Positions 47,137 to 55,974 are shown, numbered from the stretch's first letter. The stretch is 64,000 nt of DNA from a bacterium (GCA_030525085.1 JAUNFK010000001.1:13516-77515); one strand, 5' to 3'. Numbers and translations are program-made. Notes: generated from the sequence alone by a model not told the origin.

Positions 47137-50100
47137 AAAAGGTTTTGGTATTAATATTAAGCATATTTACTCTTACGATAGGAGTAAACGCTGACAGCAA
47201 TTCAGGAATATGTGCTGGAAAAGAAATGACAGGCGAAGGTTATTGTAAACTTGATAGTGGAGTATATATTGGTAGAACTTCATTTGACCCATCATACAAT
47301 AACTTAACCAATGGCGATAAAGCTGTTTATTACAACTATAATGGAACCATAAATGAAAAACAACAAAATTTATATTGTATAGACGCTAACCTAACATCAC
47401 CAACAGGTTCAAGCTACAACTACGCTAGACCACTTAATCCAAGTAATTCTAGTTTTGATAGTATGTTAGCAAGAATGTATGTTTCTCTAGTAAATGCTGC
47501 AGTTTATGATTACAATAATGGAGCATGTTCAAATCTAGATTCATGTTTTACAAAATACTTACAAGCTGCAAACGTTGTTATGAGAGCGTTAGTTACAAGA
47601 CAAGGATATAATATTATTCCAGCATCTGACTGGGGATGTAGTGTAGGATTGCAAGCCGGTTTAGAAGAATATCGAAACATATACAAACAGTTAGAAGGAC
47701 TATCATATTCTGGAGTTGCTTTAAGACAAGACGGCCAATATGATTTAGTAAAAAAATGGTATAAAACAGCAAGTTCAACAACTAAATACGATGGTAGCAA
47801 ATATAAGATTACAGCAGAACTAAGTCATGACGAAGAAATTGTAACAGAATTTAATGGTGATAATTTTACGAAAATTGTTCCAGTTAAATTAGGCGGTTTA
47901 GATGATTTCAGAGAAGGATATGACACATGGAAAGTAACAAATCCTAAAGTTTCAATCACAGGATTCGAATGTACTGAAGGCTTAACATGTACATTAGAAA
48001 CAAGCAAATCAAACTTTAATTTAAATGACAACTTAATTGAAAAGTTCAGTGAAAATGAAATTACATTCTATGTTAAAGTAACTGGAAATATTAAACAATT
48101 AAAAAATAAGAAAAAGGGTTTGTTAACTATAAAAATAGATAAATACCATATTTTAGATACTGATAACCTAGCAATTTTAAGAGATTACGGAACAAAATCA
48201 CAAGGAATAAATGAATACTCAATACTAGGAAGACGTAAGATTTGCTATCAAAGAATGGTAGCTTTAATGCCAACAACTCCACAAAGAGTTGAACTAGAAA
48301 TAGATTTAGAAATACCACCATATTGTAAAACAGACGTAAGCGACTCAGGAGATAGAATTTATAAATTAGGAGATACTGAAGTTAGTATTGGTGATTACAT
48401 CAATGAAGGATGCTGTACTGATATCGATACAAGCAAACTTACAGACGAAGAAATGGAAGTATTCGTAGCAAACTGTGGCGGTGAAGATATAGTTGACTTA
48501 AAACAAGAATGTGGCGCTGGTTCATGTGAAGGGCACCAAGGAAATATACCAGGAATAAATATTGATTCATACGTAAAACAAGTATCTATGGACGCAACAA
48601 TGAGTAAAGTTTATAAATGGGAAAAAGCATATGAAACAGATGCCGATGAGTACGGAAAATTAACTAAAAATAACCTACAATATTGGAGAGACGATGAATT
48701 CGCAAGTGAATTAGAAAACAACAACTATTGTAAAATCTATACAAGTGAAGAAAATCATATGTACTATCCAACAACAACAACAGCAACAAGTGGTAGATTC
48801 TTTGTATTTGCACAAGGATCAGATGGACAATACTTACAACCATACGTTGATGGAAAAATCTATTCAACATTCCACACAGCATATAAATTATGGAAAAAAG
48901 ACTATCAAGAAGCATTAACGGCAGAAAAAGAAGCTTTCACAACGTGGCAAGAAGCAGCTAACCTTCAAGACGCAATAGACGATGCAATAGCTAACAAAGT
49001 AAACACAAAATGTGACTACACTCATGATGTATCAGTAAAGTGTGAAGATGGATCAGATGGATGTACAGAGACAATAACAGAACAAATAGACACCGTATAT
49101 TATAAAGGAAGTACTCAAAAAACTTATTATTACGGAACATATGACGAAAACTCTATAGACCCAGAAGATGTAGAATGGTACAGCAATTCAAATTGTGACG
49201 ACTACGTAGCAAAACCAGAAGACCCTCAAGCAAGTACTAAAAAAGGTCTTTATGAAACCGCAAAGGGAAAGAGAGAAGACCTCGAGGACCAAAAAACACA
49301 ATGTCAAGATGCTTCTAAAAGATATGTCTCTGAATGGAAATATATTTTAGAACCGGATTTAACATTCCACTACAACCAAAAGTATTACGATTCAGTAAGT
49401 GGCCAAACAAAATATCTTACAGAAGATATTACTATGGTTATAAGTGATCAAGCAGAAAAGTATTTTCCAAATGTAAGTACCAGAGTAACTAATCCAACAT
49501 CAACTAGTGGAAGCTGGAAAGGCGTTGACTACGACAAAGGTGAAGGCGACGAGTATGAAGGCCCTATATATGGTGGTGGTGATTTCAAAGTTAATGAGCC
49601 ATTTAAAGATGTTGATGAAACAGACAATGAAAATCACAATTACACAAGAAACTTCGAAGGAATAAAGCTTTACTATAGACCAGAAAAAGCATATTATAGT
49701 TTAGTTCCTACAGGCTTATTTAAAGTAAGTGAAGAAGTTCTTGATGCACAAAATACAATCGAAATTGGTTATGTATTTAATGTTCAGATTACAAATTACC
49801 AAGGTGAATATGAAACATGGTTTACTATTAAAAATAATGGACATCTAGAAATTGAACCATCGGGAAGCAATAAAAATCAAAGTAATGTTCAATATCGTAT
49901 AGATCAATATCTAGAAGAACATAAATCAGATTTCACAGACACATCAAACGGTATAACTTCAAATGCCTTCTCAAGTAAATGTATTTACTGTAATAGAGAA
50001 GTAATCTATGAAAGAGATTGTTTAACATGTGAAGATGACGAAGACTTTAAGCCAAAATATATTTATAGACCAATTAATCTAACAGATATTGACCCAAATA

Positions 50101-50498
50101 ACAGAGATGATTCCGGTGATTTAGGAAATAACTGGTCAAATCCAAAAGGTAAAGCAGCTGAGTCACGAATTAACGAGCTTGGTGCAAAAGATTCAACTTA
50201 CGATGATTACACAAAAGAAAATCTAGAATATAGATTTAAATTATCAACAAGTATGATGCAAGAAATTAAAAAATCAAATAAATCATCAAATTACTACGAT
50301 TTCAACTTACGTTGCAATGATTATGGTAAAGAATGTACAAGTTCATTTGTAACAGAATATGCAACAGATACAAGTGGCCGTAGTAAATATAAATATTATG
50401 TTAATGGACAATTTCAAGTTGGAACAATGGATAGCATTAGTGGACTAAATGGTAAGTATCCAGAACTGGAAGATTGTCCAGATAAGTTGTGTCCATAA
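47133..50498 (+). CDS. Large (1121 aa) secreted cysteine-rich protein, unknown function
   Basis: ATGA overlap with the upstream gene. The signal peptide is 'MKKVLVLILSIFTLTIGVNA'. I count about 29 Cys, many in close pairs ('GCC', 'CIYC', 'CLTC', 'CPDKLCP'). No LPXTG motif or TM anchor is present. Confidence 0.65.
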   Translation: MKKVLVLILSIFTLTIGVNADSNSGICAGKEMTGEGYCKLDSGVYIGRTSFDPSYNNLTNGDKAVYYNYNGTINEKQQNLYCIDANLTSPTGSSYNYARPLNPSNSSFDSMLARMYVSLVNAAVYDYNNGACSNLDSCFTKYLQAANVVMRALVTRQGYNIIPASDWGCSVGLQAGLEEYRNIYKQLEGLSYSGVALRQDGQYDLVKKWYKTASSTTKYDGSKYKITAELSHDEEIVTEFNGDNFTKIVPVKLGGLDDFREGYDTWKVTNPKVSITGFECTEGLTCTLETSKSNFNLNDNLIEKFSENEITFYVKVTGNIKQLKNKKKGLLTIKIDKYHILDTDNLAILRDYGTKSQGINEYSILGRRKICYQRMVALMPTTPQRVELEIDLEIPPYCKTDVSDSGDRIYKLGDTEVSIGDYINEGCCTDIDTSKLTDEEMEVFVANCGGEDIVDLKQECGAGSCEGHQGNIPGINIDSYVKQVSMDATMSKVYKWEKAYETDADEYGKLTKNNLQYWRDDEFASELENNNYCKIYTSEENHMYYPTTTTATSGRFFVFAQGSDGQYLQPYVDGKIYSTFHTAYKLWKKDYQEALTAEKEAFTTWQEAANLQDAIDDAIANKVNTKCDYTHDVSVKCEDGSDGCTETITEQIDTVYYKGSTQKTYYYGTYDENSIDPEDVEWYSNSNCDDYVAKPEDPQASTKKGLYETAKGKREDLEDQKTQCQDASKRYVSEWKYILEPDLTFHYNQKYYDSVSGQTKYLTEDITMVISDQAEKYFPNVSTRVTNPTSTSGSWKGVDYDKGEGDEYEGPIYGGGDFKVNEPFKDVDETDNENHNYTRNFEGIKLYYRPEKAYYSLVPTGLFKVSEEVLDAQNTIEIGYVFNVQITNYQGEYETWFTIKNNGHLEIEPSGSNKNQSNVQYRIDQYLEEHKSDFTDTSNGITSNAFSSKCIYCNREVIYERDCLTCEDDEDFKPKYIYRPINLTDIDPNNRDDSGDLGNNWSNPKGKAAESRINELGAKDSTYDDYTKENLEYRFKLSTSMMQEIKKSNKSSNYYDFNLRCNDYGKECTSSFVTEYATDTSGRSKYKYYVNGQFQVGTMDSISGLNGKYPELEDCPDKLCP

Positions 50499-50512
50499 GG
50501 GAGGTGTAGAAG

Positions 50513-51691
50513 ATGAAAGAAAGTCTTTGGGGTTATTGGTTAATTATACTAGGAATCTTTATTCTAAGTGTTATGCTTCTTTTACAAAACTACACCACAA
50601 CTAATGAACAAGACGTATACTTAATTAAAGAAATAACCGATGCGGCAATGGGTGACTCATTAGATTTAGCTCATTACCGTAAATACGGTGAAATAAGAAT
50701 TATTAAAGAAAAATTCGTTGAAAACTTTATTAGAAGATTTTCAGAGACTATAAATATTAATAAAAATTATGATATTTCATTTTATGATATTTATGAGGCT
50801 CCACCAAAAGTAAGTGTAAAAGTTGCAACTACAACTGGAGATATAACAATCGAAGGAACAACTGACTCTTACGCAGTAGTAAATAAATTAGATGCAATTT
50901 TAGAAGATTTAAGAACTCCAAATACACAGGAAGATAACTCATTCCCTAAAAATTACAAATGTACAAATTGTGAAATAAGTGATGATAATGCCAGAACCAC
51001 TTCACCAACTACAAAGAAAAACAATAGTGGAGAAAAGAAAAGCATAAAGCTAACATTTAATGGAATACAGCAAAATCCAAATCAAACATTTACATATAAC
51101 GGAACACAAATAAAAATGAGTTGTGCTTGTGGACCATTATCATTAGTTTCAATTATATCTTCAAAAGGTAAATCAAGTCAGTTAACAAATTATTTATCAA
51201 ATGGTGGATATAATACAAATAATATAACTGGTAGCGGTTCATCTGACCAAAAACTAGCTGCTGCAACATTCAAAAAAATGAGTGACATGGGACTTAATGG
51301 TCCAACAAATGGTAATGCAACAAGAGGAAGCACATGGTGTGGTTCAAATGGTAACTACACAAGTTCAAGCTTTGCGTCAATTGTTTCTAATTCTGGACTT
51401 TCAGTAACATCAAAAGGTGGCGGACTTAATGGAGGAAGAACAGGATTTGCTGATGATATCTATAATGCCCTAGATAGCGGATCACTAGTTATGGTTGCTT
51501 TGCCTTCAGGATATACAAAACAAGGTACAGGATTCGAAAGCACAAATGGCGGCCATTACATAGTAATATATGGCTATGACAAGGAAAAAAATACATTCTT
51601 ATTCTATGATGGATACAATGGAAGAGGTTTCCGCTCTGAATCTTGGGATGTAGTAAATTCAAGTGTAGTAGAATACATTGCAATTGGTTAA
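50513..51691 (+). CDS. Membrane-anchored protein with a C-terminal C39-like (papain-fold) peptidase domain
   Basis: GGGAGGTG RBS and N-terminal TM 'WGYWLIILGIFILSVMLLL'. The C-terminal domain has the Cys motif 'SCACGPLS' (nt 51121-51140) and 'GGHYIVIYGYD', as in Peptidase_C39_2-type domains. Confidence 0.55.
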   Translation: MKESLWGYWLIILGIFILSVMLLLQNYTTTNEQDVYLIKEITDAAMGDSLDLAHYRKYGEIRIIKEKFVENFIRRFSETININKNYDISFYDIYEAPPKVSVKVATTTGDITIEGTTDSYAVVNKLDAILEDLRTPNTQEDNSFPKNYKCTNCEISDDNARTTSPTTKKNNSGEKKSIKLTFNGIQQNPNQTFTYNGTQIKMSCACGPLSLVSIISSKGKSSQLTNYLSNGGYNTNNITGSGSSDQKLAAATFKKMSDMGLNGPTNGNATRGSTWCGSNGNYTSSSFASIVSNSGLSVTSKGGGLNGGRTGFADDIYNALDSGSLVMVALPSGYTKQGTGFESTNGGHYIVIYGYDKEKNTFLFYDGYNGRGFRSESWDVVNSSVVEYIAIG

Positions 51692-51696
51692 AATTT

Positions 51697-51724
51697 AAAA
51701 CTTGCTTAAATGCAAGTTTTTTTC
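51697..51724 (+). terminator. Intrinsic terminator separating the two accessory operons
   Basis: AAAACTTGC-ttaaat-GCAAGTTTT followed by a T-run. Confidence 0.7.
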
Positions 51725-51735
51725 TTTTGGAGTGC

Positions 51736-51764
51736 TTGAATTAAAAAAAAAATATTGTTATAAT
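51736..51764 (+). promoter_or_regulatory. Promoter of the cpaB/tadABC-like operon
   Basis: TTGAAT, 17-nt spacer, TATAAT, with an extended -10 TG (TGtTATAAT). Confidence 0.6.
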
Positions 51765-51801
51765 TAATTTATCATAGAGAAGAATAAAATGGAGGATTTA
51801 T

Positions 51802-52638
51802 ATGAACAATATTCTAGTTGGAATTAAAAGATTTTTAGGAAATAAAAACACAGTTACTATTATAGGTGTACTTGCTGGTATAGCAGTACTTTATATTGGT
51901 TATAACTGGCGTGTTAAACAAGCAATCGAACCAAAAAGTGTTCCTTATGCTAAACAAGAAATAGCTGCTAACACTCTTATAACAAGTGAAATGATTGGTA
52001 GTGTTAAAGTAAGTAAAAGTATGGTAGATTCAACAACTAACTTAGTTACAGCTAATAACCAAGTTGTTGGAAAATACGTATCATATGATACAACTATTCC
52101 AGAAGGAAGCTTATTTTATAAGAGCCAATTAATGACAGAAGAGCAATTACCAAACTATATTGTACGTAATATTCCAGAAGGATACACAGTATACAGTTTA
52201 GAAGTAAACTCACACTTAACATATGCTAATAGTATCATGCCAAACGATTATATTGACCTATACTTCAAAGCAATCGATGATGATAACAAAGTAATGTTTG
52301 CAAAAATGATTGAAAGTATCAAAGTAATTGCTGTAAAAGATTCAAGCGGTAAAAGCGTATTCTCATCAGAATCAAAAGATTCTCAACCAGCAGAATTAGT
52401 TTTCGCAGTACCAAATGATATGTTCTTACTTTTAAAGAAAGCAGATTATATTCGTAGTAACTCAATAGCTATTGTTCCAGTACCAAGAAATGCAAACTAC
52501 ACAGAAAATCCAAATGCAACTCAAGTAGCTAGTGAAGTTATTACAGACTTTATTCTTTCTAAAACAGCTTATATTCCTGATACTACAACAACTACAGGAG
52601 ACGGCACAAATAGTAATACAAATGAATCTGGAGAATAG
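51802..52638 (+). CDS. CpaB/RcpC-like pilus assembly protein (TM + SAF domain)
   Basis: N-terminal TM 'VTIIGVLAGIAVLYIGY', then a SAF-like stretch 'VPYAKQEIAANTLITSEMIGSVKV...VVGKYVSYDTTIPEGSLF'. Confidence 0.6.
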   Translation: MNNILVGIKRFLGNKNTVTIIGVLAGIAVLYIGYNWRVKQAIEPKSVPYAKQEIAANTLITSEMIGSVKVSKSMVDSTTNLVTANNQVVGKYVSYDTTIPEGSLFYKSQLMTEEQLPNYIVRNIPEGYTVYSLEVNSHLTYANSIMPNDYIDLYFKAIDDDNKVMFAKMIESIKVIAVKDSSGKSVFSSESKDSQPAELVFAVPNDMFLLLKKADYIRSNSIAIVPVPRNANYTENPNATQVASEVITDFILSKTAYIPDTTTTTGDGTNSNTNESGE

Positions 52639-52649
52639 AAGGTGGCAAA

Positions 52650-53777
52650 ATGACAGATGCTATATTTTCAGAGATAGATTTTGGACCCTTAAAAGAATTT
52701 TTAGAAGACGATAATGTAACCGACGTATCATATAGTAATGGTGGCCAGGTTTGGTTAAAAACTTTAGACAAAGGTGTTTATCAAGTAATTAGACCAGAAA
52801 TCAATAATCCGCTAATGGAAAAACTTGCTTTCCAATGTTCTAACGTAATGGGTAAAACATTTAACATGGCTCATCCATTTCTAGATGCTGAAAGTGCAGA
52901 ACTTCGTCTTAACTTTGTTCATGACAGTATTGCCACAAATGGAATTGCTTGCGTTATTCGTAAAACACCAGCAAAAATCCGTTTAAATAAAGACAAACTT
53001 CTAAACGAAAAATATTGTACACTTCAAGTACACGATTTCTTAATGAAATGTGTTGAAGGTCACTGCAATATTATCGTATCAGGAGAAACTGGTTCAGGTA
53101 AAACAGAACTTGTTAAATATTTAGCAAGTCATACTAAAGAAAACGAAAAAATAATAACAATAGAAGATACATTAGAACTTCACTTAGATAGAATTTTCCC
53201 AACAAGAGATATCGTTGCAATGAAAACAAATAACATTGCTTCATACTCAGACGTACTTGTTACTTGTATGCGTCAAAACCCAAAATGGATTTTACTATCA
53301 GAGGTTCGTAGTGCAGAAGCAGTTATGGCCGTACGTAACTCAATTTCATCTGGTCACAACATCTTATCAACAATCCATGCTGATAAAGCTGCAAGTATCC
53401 CAATGCGTATGTACTCACTACTAGAAACAAACCAAGATGTAAGCCAGTTCTTATCTACAATTCATAGATATGTTCAAATTGGTGTCTACGTTAAAGGTTA
53501 CATGAGTAAAGCTCTTGGCAGATTCCAACGTGAAATCATGGAAGTAACTGAGTTCTATGTAGATGAAAGTAATACACCATGCACTAATATCATTTATAAA
53601 AAAAGTATAGATGGAACATTTGCAATGAAAAATCCAACAAAATATCTTCTAGATTACTTATCAATTCAGGGAGTTGAGCTTCCTGCAGATACATTTAGAT
53701 TAGGAAATGTAAATAATGGGGGAGCCAATAATCAAGTCGACTTAAACGACCTTGAACTACCAAAAGCTGCAGCCTAA
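52650..53777 (+). CDS. TadA/CpaF-family secretion ATPase (T2SS/T4P/T4SS 'GspE' superfamily)
   Basis: Walker A 'VSGETGSGKTE' (nt 53082-53108), Walker B region 'PKWILLSEVRSAEA' and His box 'GHNILSTIHA'. Confidence 0.8.
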   Translation: MTDAIFSEIDFGPLKEFLEDDNVTDVSYSNGGQVWLKTLDKGVYQVIRPEINNPLMEKLAFQCSNVMGKTFNMAHPFLDAESAELRLNFVHDSIATNGIACVIRKTPAKIRLNKDKLLNEKYCTLQVHDFLMKCVEGHCNIIVSGETGSGKTELVKYLASHTKENEKIITIEDTLELHLDRIFPTRDIVAMKTNNIASYSDVLVTCMRQNPKWILLSEVRSAEAVMAVRNSISSGHNILSTIHADKAASIPMRMYSLLETNQDVSQFLSTIHRYVQIGVYVKGYMSKALGRFQREIMEVTEFYVDESNTPCTNIIYKKSIDGTFAMKNPTKYLLDYLSIQGVELPADTFRLGNVNNGGANNQVDLNDLELPKAAA

Positions 53778-53788
53778 GGAGGTGAATT

Positions 53789-54682
53789 ATGGAGTTAGTT
53801 CTATTATTATTAATTGCTTTATTCGTCATCTCATATCGTAAAAATGATGGTGAAAGTGTATATCAATTTATAGCAAAAGAAGTCACAGGACTTTATGATA
53901 AATATGCTCCATATAGTTTTAAAACAGTAAGAGAAAAATCAATCGAATTAGGAGAAGAATATACAACAAAGCAATATGTTACTCAAGTTGTTATATTTGG
54001 AGCAGCAGGGGCAGGAATCGCTTATCTATACTTCTATAGTATTATTTGGGCTATAGTATATGGAGTAGCAGCAATTGCATTTATTCCATATCTAGCATTC
54101 CTAAGATGTAAAAGAATTTATAGTGAGTTCTTATTCGAGCAAATTCAAGTATATACAACAAACGTTATCATGGAATTTAATACAACTCAATCCTTCGTTA
54201 AGGCTTTAGAAGGTGTAAGAGATTCCGGCGTATTAGAAAATCCTGTTCTAGATGACGTAAAACTTATGATAGATTTAAGTTACCAAAATGGTACAATTGA
54301 AGAATCAATTAACTATTTCAATCAAAAATATCCATACTATATGGTTAAAAATATGCATCAATTATTCTTACAAATCACAAGAGAAGGTGCAAAAGATTCA
54401 GGAGAATCTCTAGATAACATGTTATTAGATATCGATATGCTAGTTGAAGGTGTTTACCGTGATAAAATGGATAGAGACCAATATCACAAAAAATTCTTAA
54501 CATTCGGTTTTGCACTTTACTTATTAGTTATGCTTACTCAGTTCCTTCTAGGAACAGAAAGCTATATTTCAATGCTTGATAGATGGTATGTAGTGGTATT
54601 ACTCCATGGAATCATTTTAATAAATACTTACTTCTTATTAGATGGTGAAAAATACTATAACGAAAATACAGGAGGTGAGTAG
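53789..54682 (+). CDS. TadB-like (T2SSF-type) inner-membrane platform protein
   Basis: AGGAGGTGA RBS. TM, soluble helical domain and TM pair are laid out as expected for TadB. It lies directly after the ATPase gene. Confidence 0.55.
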   Translation: MELVLLLLIALFVISYRKNDGESVYQFIAKEVTGLYDKYAPYSFKTVREKSIELGEEYTTKQYVTQVVIFGAAGAGIAYLYFYSIIWAIVYGVAAIAFIPYLAFLRCKRIYSEFLFEQIQVYTTNVIMEFNTTQSFVKALEGVRDSGVLENPVLDDVKLMIDLSYQNGTIEESINYFNQKYPYYMVKNMHQLFLQITREGAKDSGESLDNMLLDIDMLVEGVYRDKMDRDQYHKKFLTFGFALYLLVMLTQFLLGTESYISMLDRWYVVVLLHGIILINTYFLLDGEKYYNENTGGE

Positions 54683-54684
54683 CG

Positions 54685-55479
54685 ATGATGATCGAAGTTA
54701 TGATACTTGGTATCATATTATATATAATTTTAGAGTACAATGGCAGCATTAGTACCAATAAATTTATTATGGACAACCAAGATATCTTTAAAAAACTAAA
54801 AGAAAAAGATTATGACTTCTATGCTAAAGCTAAATATGGTGATTCAATTGATGTAGAAGCCCTATTTAATGCAAGATTAAAAAATGGACTTATCGTTATA
54901 TTCCTATTAATATTTGCTTTTATCTCAAAGTTAAGCTACGTAAACTGTATATTTTCAGTAGTAGTTGGTTATGGTGTATATAAACTAAATTACCTTAAAC
55001 TTAAAAGACATTACAAAGCACACTTACATGAAATAGATGTTATGCTTCCATACTACTTAAAAAACTTAGAAATACTTGTACAACACTACACAGTACCAGT
55101 AGCACTAGGTAAATCAATCGATGAAGCACCACAAATATTCAGAAGTGGTCTTAATGAATTAATTGCAAAGATCAATGCTGGAGACTCAACAATCAACCCA
55201 TACATGGAATTTGCAAAAGACTTCCCAGTAAGAGATTCTATGCGTATGATGCGTTTGCTTTACAGACTTAGCTTAGGTAGTCAAGAAAGAAAACAAGAAC
55301 AATTATTAACTTTCTCAAGAAATATTTCTAACCTACAACAAAAAGCTCGTGAAACAAGATACAAAGAACGTTTAGAAAAGATGGAAAGTAAAACAATGGT
55401 AATGCTTATTTCAACCGGAGTAGGTGTAATGGTATTACTTATTATCTCAATCTTAATGCTATTTACAAGTAGCATGTAA
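54685..55479 (+). CDS. TadC-like (T2SSF-type) inner-membrane platform protein
   Basis: AGGAGGTGA RBS. The architecture matches the preceding gene. This is the second platform paralog, as in tadB-tadC pairs. Confidence 0.5.
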   Translation: MMIEVMILGIILYIILEYNGSISTNKFIMDNQDIFKKLKEKDYDFYAKAKYGDSIDVEALFNARLKNGLIVIFLLIFAFISKLSYVNCIFSVVVGYGVYKLNYLKLKRHYKAHLHEIDVMLPYYLKNLEILVQHYTVPVALGKSIDEAPQIFRSGLNELIAKINAGDSTINPYMEFAKDFPVRDSMRMMRLLYRLSLGSQERKQEQLLTFSRNISNLQQKARETRYKERLEKMESKTMVMLISTGVGVMVLLIISILMLFTSSM

Positions 55480-55480
55480 T

Positions 55481-55510
55481 AAATGACTAATTTAAGTCAT
55501 TTTTTATTTT
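55481..55510 (+). terminator. Intrinsic terminator after the tadC-like gene
   Basis: AAATGACT-aattta-AGTCATTT followed by a T-run. Confidence 0.7.
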
Positions 55511-55530
55511 ATAAAATTTTAAAAAAAATA

Positions 55531-55559
55531 TTGACACATTAAATAAAATAATGTACAAT
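55531..55559 (+). promoter_or_regulatory. Near-consensus sigma-A promoter with no ORF behind it
   Basis: TTGACA (55531-55536), 17-nt spacer, TACAAT (55554-55559). An A/T-rich UP-like tract precedes it. Confidence 0.6.
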
Positions 55560-55562
55560 AAA

Positions 55563-55786
55563 ATTGTCTAATAGTAAAGGGTATATATTAGAACAATGAT
55601 TTGTGTGTATTTTAAAGAAATGCATATAAAAAATGTACTTTTATATCAGACAATTAAAAGTAATATTTTTACCAAAATTAAAGTGTTACTTAGTCATTAA
55701 GATATAGGTATAATTGTCTTATATATACAAATAGCATAGAAGCTTTGAAATATAAGTCTTATCTGCGATAGACATAACAATTGTTA
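55563..55786. repeat. Dispersed AATTGTCT / AGACAATT motif copies plus the palindrome TAACAATTGTTA
   Basis: AATTGTCT occurs at 55563-55570 and 55712-55719. The inverted copy AGACAATT lies at 55648-55655. A 12-nt perfect palindrome lies at 55775-55786. Confidence 0.7.
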
Positions 55787-55897
55787 CGGAGAAAGAATAC
55801 TCCAAAAGATAAGTGGTAAATATAATACTGATAATGTTATATTGATCCATTCTTTAAAACTGGAACTAGTTATTTTATCAGAATAACTAGTTTTTTT
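55566..55897 (+). ncRNA. Candidate ~330-nt non-coding RNA of unknown class
   Basis: Bounded by the promoter at 55531-55559 and the terminator at 55864-55897. The track lists no ORF of 60 aa or more on either strand. Internal complementary segments are present. Family is unknown. Confidence 0.4.
55864..55897 (+). terminator. Strong intrinsic terminator of the candidate ncRNA
   Basis: An 11-bp perfect stem, AACTAGTTATT-ttatcag-AATAACTAGTT, runs into TTTTTTT. Confidence 0.8.
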
Positions 55898-55945
55898 ATT
55901 ACCCAAAACTATTTAATTAATATCTCTTTTTTTATTACAATCTTA

Positions 55946-55974
55946 TTGCAAAAAAAAACTAAGTTTGTTATAAT
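55946..55974 (+). promoter_or_regulatory. Promoter of the four-gene McrB-like operon
   Basis: TTGCAA, 17-nt spacer, TATAAT, with an extended -10 (TGtTATAAT). GAGGT RBS precedes ATG 56000. Confidence 0.6.

Noticed and set aside
52532-52714. A 60-aa ORF spanning the cpaB-like/tadA-like junction.
   Set aside because: It is out of frame with two well-supported genes and has no RBS.
55596-55700. A 34-codon ORF (MICVYFKEMHIKNV...) inside the candidate ncRNA. Its first three residues match the start of the downstream gene at 56000.
   Set aside because: There is no convincing SD, since the nearest purine-rich stretch is about 14 nt upstream. The peptide has no hydrophobic or pilin-like character, and the MIC match is too short to mean anything. 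It is kept only as an alternative explanation to test.
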